Source of the DNA: Squalus acanthias
Taxonomy: Eukaryota
Direction of reading: 5' to 3'
DNA length: 64,000 bases
Assembly: GCA_030390025.1 (NCBI GenBank)
Contig: CM059432.1
Coordinates: 77,874,001-77,938,000 of the forward strand
Position 1 is the first letter of the stretch; the number at the start of each line of letters is the position of its first letter. Of this stretch, positions 47,366 to 58,817 are shown one piece after another. The position numbers were made by a program, and so were the translations under genes. Below the pieces are notes generated by a model that saw only the letters and a program-made list of their open reading frames with translations, had not been told where the DNA came from and ran no database searches.

Positions 47366-50020
47366 CACTTGACACGGACATCCCTGCACCCTTACCCATT
47401 CCCTCTCTCTCTATGGTCACATTCACTTAACTATTCGACCATGCAGCCCTCACACTCCCTATCACTGTGATGCAATGACAACAATTTACAGCACACAGGG
47501 AGGGCCCTTTGTCTCCTTCTAAGCATCTATGCTATGGATTCTCTGCACTCACTCCTTCATTCTCACTCAAACTCCACTTGTGTCCCTCATTGCAGGAAAA
47601 GAGAGCCCAGAATAAGAGGGAAAGAGCGAGGACAGGAGGAGGGCCACCCTTAGTAGCCCAGCTCACCACTTCGGAGGAGGCGGCCCTGGAAATCACTGGT
47701 GTCAAGGAAGGTTCGCAAGTGGGGGACGGACAGACGGGCGCATCACAGCAAGCTGGTGACAGAATAGTTTGGCATCTCTCTCATTGACATTGCATTCTGA
47801 TGCTCTAACAGATTGAATAGTGCAGATGATCATAAGTCAATGTGCATGCAACATTTACCTCACATCTTTAACTCTTTCCTTTACTCCCCCACAGGACCAT
47901 CGACAGCCCCCGTCCCCACTGCCCAGGAGGAACAGCCTGAGCTTCAAGACTCCTCAGAGGAAGCTGCAACCTCTGAGGGCGCAGCGTCAGCAGAATTCAG
48001 CGCACCCAGCACCAGCGCAGACACTCACACCTCAGTGGGACCTTCGCAAGACAGAGTAATGTTGTCACCTGGTGTATCACAGCTCACAAGTGAGCATCAG
48101 CAGATGGTGGAGACAGGGACAGCAGTGGAGAGCCCTCGTCAGAGGGCGCAGGACTCTGCCAGCTCGGCTCAGCTGCACGTCGACCCTGTGCCTCCGGGTC
48201 CATCCAGAAGCAGAGCGGTGCTAACTCCAGGAACAGGTGCAGGAGTTTCTGGCAGGTTTTGTCTCCAGGGTCGCTGCGAGTGTGGAGCGAATGGAGGAGT
48301 CCATCGCAAACATGAGCAGAGCCTTTGTGGAGGCATTGGCGCATGAACGCATCACCACGGAAAGGATGGCAACCTCCGTGGAAAGGATGGCTACAGTAGA
48401 GGAGAGGATGGCTACGGCCATGGAGGAGCTAAGTCGCCAGAGTGTTGAAAACATAGTCATTGTTCAGCATCTCTTGAGGAGCGATGGTCAGCTATTGAGC
48501 AGAGAAACCAGACCTTCATGGAAGTCCTCTGGAGTAGGACTTCCAGTGCAGAAACGGGTCCTCATGGCCCCCCTGAAGTGCAGCAAGGTGCTGTCAAGCC
48601 ACTTGCTAGCTCTGAAGTGGGGCTGACCCCTAAGAGGGATGTTAGTGGCAGACAACAAGGAAGTGTGGGTGGGCTCCTTTCCAAGCGCTCATGACCATGC
48701 CACTGCAAAGCCCTCGGTTAGAGCCCCACCAGAGTCCTCACCCAACTGAGATGGGCGTCTCATCCCCTGCACAGCCGCAGGAGCAGCAGACTGTTGCTGA
48801 GCCCTCACAGGTTTGCAACTCCAGAGGACAGCCGCCAAAGGTGTCGAGACAGGAGCAGCAAGAAAGTGAGCAAGGAGCCTCCACATCTGCTGAAGCCACT
48901 GGGGAAGCACCACGTAGGAGCATGCGTAAGAGGAAGATAATGCACAAGTAGTCACAAGGGTAGTCACTTGGGTGTTATGTTGTGTTTATTTTTGAAATGC
49001 CATCAGTTGCTTGTTGTGATCAAAAATTCTGATGGCAAACTGTTGAAGTTGTTGCCTGTGTCATTTTGCAAATGGGACTTCCACATTGAGGGCTTAGAGC
49101 GACTTGTAATTGTCAGTATGGTGGTCAGAGTGATAGGAATCCGCAGGTTCTTGTCCATTGTCGATGCTCTGTTAAGAAGGTGCGAGGCAAAAGTGTTCGA
49201 TTGTGCAGGCTAAGCAAATCTGGCCAACATGACTGCGTCCCTTGCAACCCGGGCAGCAATGTGGTCATGCGCTGGCGCCTTCTGGCCTGTGCAGCTTCAG
49301 GTGGCTGAGCAGCAGCTTGGCGCTCCTGTTGTTGCTGCAGCTGTTGTTCATGGTTCTGCTGCTGCCACGGCTGGTCTTCGTCCGAATCTGATGTCCAGGA
49401 GGAAAGGAAATAAATGGTTCCTTCTGGTATATGCCTGAGTTGAGGAAGCGCTCAGTCAAGGTGGGGAGAGGGGTTTCCCAGGAAGTCACACTGGAGGTGG
49501 GTGTCAGGCTCCAAACTTCCACAACAATGAGTATGCCTGCTAAAAGTTACCCCAGACCTGAGACAACAAAGTTCTGCCACCTGCAAATGATCATTGGTGA
49601 AAACTCCTTTTTAATGGTGGAGCTGCAGCTGTCAGTAAGCAATCCACTTGTGAGGCTGCCAGGATTAACTGGCGTGTTCCAGAGGAGACGTGCAGGACGG
49701 GGGACAAGTGTTAAAATCAGAAAGGCCTCTCAAAATGGGATTATAGAGGCAATTAACTGGTTGTTAAGGGCCATAAGGGCCTATCCCGCCTCTTGGAGGC
49801 GGGATGGAAACGGGGTCTGAAACCCCGATTCTGGGAAAATTGCTCGGAGGCGGGATTGGAGCCGCCCGCCATGTTTTGCGGTTTTAACACCTGACACGCC
49901 TCCAATTCCGCCTCCTCGGGCCTGGCAAAAATCGAGTCCATAGTTTCAGGTGGATGACCTTTCGTCAGAACTGCTGCGTATTTCCAACATTTTCTGTTTT
50001 TATTTCAGATTTCCAGCATC

Positions 50021-51176
50021 CATAAGAACATAAGAAATAGGAGCAGGAGTAGGCCATTTGGCCCTTCGAACCTACTCCGCCATTCAATGAGATCATGGCT
50101 GATCTTCTGCCTCAACTCCATTCACCGGCCCTATCGCCATATCCCTTGATGCCCTTGCTAGTCAGAAACCTATCGACTTCTGTTTTGAATATACCCAATG
50201 ACTGAGCCTCCACAGCCTTCTGGGGTAGAGAATTCCAAAGATTCACCACCCTCTGTGTGAAGAAATTTCATCTCATCTCAGTCCTGTGTGGCCTACCCTT
50301 TATCCTGAGGCTGTGGCCCCTGGTTCTGGACTCCACAGCTAAGGGAAACATTCTCCCAGCATCCACCCTATCAAGCCCTGTAATAATTTTGTATGCTTCA
50401 AAGAGATCCCCTCTCATTCTTCTGAATTCAAGAGAATACAGGCCTAGTTTACTCAATCTCTTCTCATACGACAGTCCCGCCATCCTAGGAATCAATCTTG
50501 TGAACCTTCGTTGCACTCCCTCTATGGCAAGTATATCCTTCCTTAGGTAAGGAGACCAAAATTGTACACAGTACTCCAGGTGTGGTCTCACCAAGGCCCG
50601 ATATAATTGCAGTAAGAAGTCTTTACTCCTGTACTCAAATCCTCTTGAATTGAAGGCCAGCATACCATTTGCCTTCCCAATGGCTTGCTGCACCTGCACA
50701 TTCACTTTGTGACTCATGTACAAGGACACCCAGGTCCCTTTGAGCATCTGCATTCCCCAATCTTTCACCATTTAGGAAATACTCTACCTTTCTGTTTTTT
50801 CTACCAAAGTGGATAACTTCACATTTATCCACATTATATTCCATCTGCCATGTTCTCGCCCACTCACTGAGCCTGTCGAGATCCCCCTGAAGCCTCTTCA
50901 CATCCTCTTCACAACTGACACTGCCACCTAGCTTTGTATCATCAGCAAATTTGGAAATGTTACATTTAGTCCCCTCATCCAAATCATTGATATAGACTGT
51001 GAATAGCTGGGGCCCAAGCACCGATCCTTGCGGTACCCCACTAGTCACAGCCTGCCATCCTGAAAAAGACCCGTTTATCCCTACTCTTTGTTTTCTGTCT
51101 GTTAACCAATTCTAAATCCATGCTAGTATATTACCCCCAATTCCATGTGCCCTAATTTTGTTCACCAACCTCTTGT
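50021..51176 (-). mobile_element. CR1 LINE RT/3' part
   Basis: [32 protein letters not shown] and LVRPHLEYCVQFWSP. (cataagaa)n tail. Confidence 0.92.
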
Positions 51177-51212
51177 ATACCGCAGTATTTTGCTTTTGCG
51201 TTGGTGTTTTTA

Positions 51213-51323
51213 TTGGGCCCTTCCCCCGCTCCAGCTGCTGTCTGGCTCTGCGCAGCATTTCAATTCAACTGTGCGGCAGCTGGGGGATTAGTGCGCGGAC
51301 CGCGCACCTTAGAGGGAACAGTG
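51213..51323. mobile_element. Probable hAT-type transposon terminus
   Basis: Ends ...ttagagggaacagtg (reverse complement CACTGTTCCCTCTAA), resembling hAT TIRs. Partner end not found. Confidence 0.4.
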
Positions 51324-51324
51324 A

Positions 51325-54300
51325 ACAGGAGGTGGAGCTCACAGACAATATGAGCTCGGAAACGGTATGAAGGGAGATAAGAGAATCTGGGGAAAATGCG
51401 GGTTGAGGGCTAGGGCTGGGGGAATGTTTGGGTTGGTGGGCAAGAGGAAGGAGAGGACAGCAGCAAAGGCAGGTAAACAGATGGTCTCAATCATAGTGAT
51501 AATGCTCCTCAAATTTGGTGTTGGAGGTAAGGATGGAAAGGGCAGGGAAGAGGAGTTCAAGGAAATAGTTGGTAGTGGAGAAAATCAGCTGGGTGTTATC
51601 TTTGTTTTCCAGAATGATCCTGGTGTAGGGTGTGGCTGTGGCAGAGATGAGTGCGGCCAGATAGCAATTGATGTGATCCAGTAAGATCTGGAGATGGGTG
51701 GCTAAATTAATTGTGTGCCAGATACCCGCTAAGTCGTCACCCCTTGGACTTGAGAGAGTGAAGATGAGTGCTACAGCAGGGGGAAATCGACAAGAATGGG
51801 AGAGAGTAAATGTTTTGCTGGGGACAAGGGAATATGAGGGAGAGGCTGCAGAAGTAATATGGCAAATAAAGGAACGGTAGTATAGTGGTAATGTCACTGG
51901 GCTAGTAATCCAGAGGCCTGGACTAATGATCCAGAGATGTGAGTTCAAATTTAACCACGGCAGCTGGGGAATTTAAATTCAGTTAATTAAATAAATCTGG
52001 AATAAAAAGCTAGTATCAGTAACGGTGACCATGAAACTATCGGATTGTCGTAAAAACCCATCTGGTTCACTAATGTCCTTAGGGAAGGAAATCTGACGTC
52101 CTTATCTGGTCTGGCCTATATGTAACTCCAGACCCACAGCAATGTGGTTGACTCTTAACTGCCCTCTGAAATGGCCACTCAGTTGTAACAAACTGCTACG
52201 AAACACAATAATAAGAATGAAACCGGACACACCACCCGGCATCGACCTAGGCACCGACTACGGACACAGCAACCACACACCCAGCCTAGTCAACCCTGCA
52301 AAGTCCTCCTCACCGACATCTGGGGACTTGTGCCAAAATTGGGAGCGCTGTCCCACAGACTAGTCAAGCAACAGCCTGACATAGTCATACTCACAGAATC
52401 ATACCTTTCAGCCAATGTCCCAAACTCCTCCATCACCATCCCTGGGTATGTCCTGTCCCAGGATAGACCCACCAGGGGTGGCGGCACCATGGTATACAAT
52501 CGGGAAGGGGTGGCCCTGGGAGTTCTCAACATTGACTCCGGACCCCATGAAGTTTTATGCCTTGAAGTCAAGCATGTGCAAGGAAACCTCCTGCTGATTA
52601 CCACCTACCGCCCACCCTCAGCTGATGTACTCCTACTCAGTAATCCTCCATGTTGAACACCACTTGGAAGAAGCACTGAGAGTAGCAAGGGCACAGAATG
52701 TACGCTGGGTGGGAGACTTCAATGTCCATCACCAAGAGTGGCTCAGCAGCACTACTACTGACCGAGCTGGCCAAGTCCTGAAGGACATAGCTGCCAGTCT
52801 GGGCCTGCAACAGCTGGTGCGAGAACCAACAAGAGGGGAAAAACCTACTTGACCTCGTCCTCGCCAATCTACCTGTCGCAGATGCATCTGTCCATGACAG
52901 TATTGGTAGCAGTGACCATCGCAGTCATTGTGGAGACGAAGTCCCGTCTTCACACTGAGGACACCCTCCATCATGTTGTGTGGCACTACCACCGTGCTAA
53001 ATGGGATAGATTCAGAACAGATCTAGCAGCTCAAAACTTTGCATCCATGAGGCGCTGTGGGCCATCAGCAGCAGCAGAATTGTATTCCACCACAATCTGT
53101 AACCTCATGGCCCAGCATATCCCTCACTCTACCATTACCATCAAGCCAGGGGACCAACCCTGGTTCAATAAGGAGTGTAGAAGAGCATGCCAGGAGCAGC
53201 ACCAGGCGTACCTAAAAATGAGGTGCCAACCTGGGGAAGCTGCAACACAGGACTACATGCATGCTATAGACAGGGCTAAGCGATCCCACAATCAATGGAT
53301 CAGATCAAAGCTCTGCAGTCCTGCCACATCGAGTCGTGAATGGTGGTGGACCATTAAACAACTAACGGGAGGAGGAGGCTCCATGAATATCCCCATCCTC
53401 AATGATGGTGGAGCCCAGCACGTGAGTGCAAAAGACAAGGCTGAAGCTTTTGCAACCATCTTCAGCCAGAAGTGCCGAGTGGATGATCCATATTGGCCTA
53501 CTCCCGAGGTCCCCACCATCACAGAAGCCAGTCTTCAGCCAATTCGATTCACTCCACGTGAAATCAAGGAATGGCTGAACGCACTGGATACAGCAAAGGC
53601 TACGGGCCCTGACAACATCCCGGCTATTGTGCTGAAGACTTGTGCTCCAGAACTAGCCGCGCCTCTAGCCAAGCTGTTCCAGTACAGCTACAACACTGGC
53701 ATCTATCCGACAATGTGGAAAACTGCCCAGGTATGTCCTGTCCACAAAAAGCAGGACAAATACAATCCGGCCAATTACCACCCCATCAGTCTATTCTCAA
53801 TCATCAGCAAAGTGATGGAAGGTGTCATCGACAGTGCTATCAAGCGGCACTTACTCACCAATAACCTGCTCACTGATGCCCAGTTTGGGTTCTGCCAAGA
53901 ACACTCGGCTCCCGACCTCATTACAGCCTTAGTCCAAACATGGACAAAGGAGCTGAATTCCAGAGGTGAGGTGAGAATGACTGCCCCAGACATCATGCAG
54001 CATTTGACCGAGTGTGGCATCAAGGAGCCCTAGTAAAACTGAAGTCAATGGGAATCGGGGGGGAAACTCTCCACTGGCTGGAGTCATACCTAGCACAAAG
54101 GAAGATGGTTGAGGTGGTTGAAGGTCAATCATCACAGCCCCAGGACATCGCTGCAAGAATTCCTCAGCCCAGTGTCCTAGGCCCAACCATCTTCAGCTGC
54201 TTCATCAATGACCTTCCCTCCAACATAAGGTCAGAAATGGGGATGTTCGCTGATGACTGCACAGTGTTCAGTGCAATTCACAACTCCTCAGATAACGAAG

Positions 54301-56300
54301 CAGTCCATGCCCACTTGCAACAAGACCTGAACGGCGTTCAGCCTTGGACTGATAAGTGGCAGGTAACATTCGCGCCACAGGAGTGCCAGGCAATGACTAT
54401 CTCCAACAAGCGAGAGTCCAACAGTCGCCCCTTGACATTCAATGGCATTACCATCGCCGAATCCCCCACCTTCAACAATCTGGGGGTCACCATTGACCAG
54501 AAACTTAACTGGACCAGCCACATAAATATTGTGGCAACAAGAGCAGGTTGGAGGCTAGGTATTCTGCAGCGAGTATCTCACCTCCTGACTCCCCAAAGCC
54601 TTTCCACCATCTACAAGGCACAAGTAAGGAGTGTGATGGATTACTCTCCACTTGCCTGGATGAGTGCAGCTCCAACAACACTCAAGAAGCTCGACACCAT
54701 CCAGGACAAAGCAGCCCACTTGATTGGCACCCCATCCAACACCTTAAACATTTACTCCCTCCACCACCGGCGTACCGTGGCTGCAGTGTGTACCATCTAC
54801 AAGATGCACTGCAGCAACTTGCCAAGGCTTGTTCGGCAGCACCTCCCAAACCCGCGACCTCTTCCACCTAGAGAGACAAAGGCAGCTGGTGCATGGGAAC
54901 ACCACCACCTCCAAGTTCCCCTCCAAGTCACACACCATCCTGACTTAGAAGTATATCGCCGATCCTTCATCATCGCTGGGTCAAAATCCTGGAACTCCCT
55001 CCCTAACAGCACTGTGGGAGTACCTTCACCACACGGACTGCAGCGGTTCAAGGCAATTAGGGATGGGCAATAAATGCTGGCTTTGCCGGCGACACCCACA
55101 TCCCATAAACTAATAAAAAATAATTTAAAAAATAGAAGGCCAAAGGCTAGACACCTCAGATTTAGAAAGAGCAGCTGTCAGTGATTCAGGGGAGTTTTTT
55201 TTTCCAGGGACGGTCACAGAACAAAGTGGGTTTGGAAAGGGCAAGGGGATGTGGTGGTAAAGTTTACTGGAATTGGCCAGAGATGGTGTTGCCTTTGACA
55301 GAGAATATGGGAGTAGAGGCCACAAGATGCTAAAGTCAAGAACACAGCCATGTATATGGATAGGAGAGTTTATTTGGATGGAAGCCAGTGAATTCAGAGG
55401 AGAGAGCAAGGAGAGCCGAGTTAAAGATTGAAATCACCAAGGATGAGGAGTCTCATTGCAGAGTCTGAGGGAGGAAATCTCAGTGGGAAGCTTGTGGGGG
55501 TGGGGGGATGGTTTGGAAGACAACAAGGATTTTAAAGGGAGAGGGATGGAACAAAGTGAGATACTCTTAGAAGGAGATAGACAAACGATTGTTTGGCGGT
55601 GGGGGGGGGGGGGGGGGGGGGGGGGGGCGCGAGAGAAAGAGAGACCCGGGGTGATTTGGTGATAACAGTCACACTGCCACCACAGCAGTTTGGGCAGGGC
55701 AGGCCAGGGCAGGGCATGCGGTAGAAAGTATAGCCAGGCACGGAGACTTCAGTAAGGGCAAGGTGTTTCCACCTGTGAGCGAAGTTTCAGTCAAAGCCAG
55801 GATGTCAATGCATTCATCCACAATAAGGACATGGATGGATAGGGCCTTGTTCATGAGTGAACAGACATCCTGGAGGGAAATGTGCAAAGGTGGTGATAGT
55901 TGGACCACTGGCAGAGTCCTAGGGTGCAGTGGTGGGTGGGATGAGCACTGCAGTGGTGGGATAGGAGGATAGGAAGGAGGTTGACAAGGTTAGCACCCGA
56001 TGTGTTCACTGGACGGGAAGGCCAGCGAGATAGGAGGATGTGGCAGTTGGGATAACTGCTCGTAAGAAGGCAGTGACAAGTACTTCAATGTGCCCTTCAA
56101 CGAATGTTGAAATAGCTTACTCAAGGGGAATTCAAGTCTGGGACCACGGCAGGCGAATAGGAAGGCAAAGTAGCGATGGGTTGGGGTAGGAATTGAGGGA
56201 GGCAAAGTACGCAAGAAGAGAGAAAAGAAACGCGACATGATGGACAACAGGAAGAGCAGCAGTTAGGAGGGCCTAGGTGGGACCAAGAGAGGAAAAAAGG
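51325..56300 (-). mobile_element. Old L2 5'/endonuclease fragment split by the full-length family B LINE
   Basis: SLMNKALSIHVLIVDECIDILALTET (APE) at 55669-55908. RIILENKDN..LIFST at 51487-51640. Confidence 0.7.
51871..55120 (+). mobile_element. Full-length (~3.25 kb) single-ORF LINE family B (APE + RT) with a tRNA-derived 5' head
   Basis: A-box TAGTATAGTGG (51878), B-box-like GAGTTCAAAT (51941). APE motifs PDIVILTESYL, TYRPP and VGDFNVHH. RT motif MFADDC. A-rich tail. Confidence 0.9.
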
Positions 56301-58817
56301 GAGATAGAAGTAATGGGCGCAGGTCCAGAGCAGCTGCTAAAATGCACAGAAGCACAGACACAGAGGAAATTCGGATTGCATAGAGATGGCAGAGATTAGA
56401 AGAGACATGTCCTGGTTGTAAACAGAGGATCTTCCACCTTATTCCAGGTACCGTTTATTGGATGGATCAAAAATTGTTACTCAGGACATTCTACCATAAT
56501 GTTACAATAAACTGTTACATTATCTATTTAACCAACTGTCAGCCCACAGGTGCAGAACTTCACTGGATCAACAATCTCACCAAATAATGGAGCACTCCAC
56601 AATCAACGCCCACAAACAAGATGGATGTCTGAATTTAACAGCAGCACACTGCTGAAAGTAAAAATTATGACAACAGAATGTTACGTTTTTGGAACAGGAA
56701 ATCTGCATACACAAGTGTTTGACTACAATATGTAGATCGGTATTATGTTCAATCCTTTGTCAGATTTTGTTGCCCATTTCCTTCAGTATCCTTTAGTGTA
56801 GGTCCAAAGCCCTATTCATAGTCCCTTCAGCATTTTCTTCACTTTCTTTATCAATAATTATTCTATCCTTAAAATGTCTTCTTTATGTCTCAGAAGATAG
56901 AGGTATATAGAGGTAAAAGGTATAGAGGGTGCAGAATTCTTAAAATGCACTCAGAGGAACTTTTTTAGCCAGTACGTAGCAAGCCCAACAAGAGAGGGGG
57001 CGGTTCTGGACTTGGTTTTAGGGAATTAAGTTGGGCAGTGGAAGGGGTATCAGTGAGTGAGCATTTTGGTGGTAGTGATCATAATTCAGTTAGATTTAGC
57101 GTAGTTGTGGAAAAGGACAAAGATAGACCAGGGGTAAAAGTTCTCAATTGGGGAAAGGCCAATTTTACAAAGAAGAGATATGATTTAGCAAAAGTGGACT
57201 CAAAACAGCTACTTGAAGGTAAATCAGTGTCAGAGCAGTGAGAGGCATTCATTGAGGAGATGGTGAGGGTTCAGAGCAATTATGTTCCCACAAAGAGTAA
57301 GGGTGGGACTCCCAAATCTAGAGCCCCCTCGAAGCCAAGGGGCAGGATAAGGCATAAAAGAAAAGCTTATGTCAGATACCGAGAGCTAAATACTGCAGAA
57401 AGCCTAGAGGAGTATAGAAAGTGCAGGGGTGAAATTAAAAAGGAAGTTAGGAAAGCAAAGAGAGGGCATGAAAATATATTAGCAAGTAAATTCAAGGAAA
57501 CCCCAAAGATGTTTCATAAATACAAAAAGAGCAAGACGATAACTAAAGAAAGAGGCGGGCCTATTAGAGACTAAAAAGGTAACCTGTGTGTTGAGGCAGA
57601 AGACGTGGGTATGGTTCTTAATGAATACTTTGCGTCTGTCTTCACAAAAGAGAGGGACGATGCAGATATTGTAGTTAAGGAGGTGGAGTGTGAAATATCA
57701 AATGAGATAAACATAGTGAGAGGGGAATATTAAGGGGTGTAGCATCTTTGAAAGTAGATAATTCACCAGGCCCAGATGAAATGCATCCCAGGCTGTTAAG
57801 AGAAGCAAGGGAGGAAATAGCAGAAGCCCTGACCATCATTTTCCAATCATCTCTGGCTACAGGTGTGGTGTCGGAGGACTGTTAACATTATGCCGTTGTT
57901 TAAAAAGGGAGAAAGGGACAGACCGATTAACTACAGGCCAGTCAGCCTAACCTCGGTGGTGGACAAATTATTGGAAAAAATTCTGAGGGACAGCATTAAT
58001 CGTCATTTAGAAAGGCTTGGATTAATAAAGGACAGTCAGCATGGATTTGTTAAGGGAAGATCGAGTCTGACTAACTTGATTGAATTTTGAGGAGGTATAA
58101 AGGAGGGTCAATGAAGGTAGCGCGTTTGATGTAGTCTACATGAATTTTAGCAAGGCTTTTGACAAGGACCCACATGGCAGACTGGTCAGAAAAGTACATG
58201 GGATCCAAGGGAAAGTGGCAAGTTGGATCCAAAATTGGCTCAGTGGCAGGAAGCAAAGGGTAATGGTTGATGGGTGTTTTTGTGACTGGAAGGCATTTTC
58301 CAGTGGGGTTCCGCAGGGCTCAGTACTAGGTCCCTTGCTTTGTGTGGTATACATCAATGACTTAGACTTCAATGTAGGGGGCATGATTAAGAAGTTTGCA
58401 GATGATAGAAAAATTGGCCGTGTGGTTGATAATGAGGCAGAAAGCTGCAGACTGCAGGAAGATATCAATGAACTGGTCAGGTGGGCAGGAAAGTGGCAAA
58501 TGGAATTCAATCCGAAGATGTGTGAGGTAATGCATTTGGGGAAGGACAACAAGGCAAGGGAATACACAATAAATGGTGGATACTGAGAAGCGTAGAGGAA
58601 CAGAGGGACCTTGGAGTGCATGTCCACAGATCCTTGAAGGTAGCAGGACAGGTAGATAAGGTGGTTGAGAAGGTATACGGGATACCTTCTTCATTAGCCG
58701 AGACATAGAATATAAGAACAGGGAGGTTATGCTTGAACTGTATAAACCACTAGTTAGGCCACAGCTAGAGTACTGCGTACAGTTCTGGTCACCACATAAC
58801 AGGGAAGATGTGATTCA

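Larger units (their letters stand above)
46609..48951 (+). pseudogene. Harbinger Myb/SANT-like DNA-binding protein gene, 3 exons (46609-46841, 47596-47755, 47895-48951), frameshifted
   Basis: APRFDEASLQALVEG...W.QVAHEVN...RSWLQCRKRFHDL, EKRAQNKRERARTGGGPP, coiled-coil ERMAT repeats, basic C-terminus RRSMRKRK. GT-AG introns with compatible phases. Confidence 0.82.
46329..49939 (+). mobile_element. PIF/Harbinger DNA transposon, transposase-deleted, retaining the Myb/SANT gene
   Basis: TIRs GGGCTCGATTCTGCCA / TGGCAAAAATCGAGTCC, spliced Myb-like gene, convergent transposase-like remnant (AARVARDAVMLARFA*). Confidence 0.85.
46252..51200. mobile_element. Short inverted-repeat Penelope insertion hosting a Harbinger and a CR1
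   Basis: 12-bp TSD ttggtgttttta (46240-46251 / 51201-51212). PLE repeat pieces at 46255-46328, 49941-50020 and 51177-51198. Confidence 0.8.

Noticed and set aside
51871..51960. tRNA gene calls at SINE/LINE heads (also 27194 and 33240)
   Set aside because: Only degenerate A/B boxes. No complete cloverleaf, and each continues into a repeat body.
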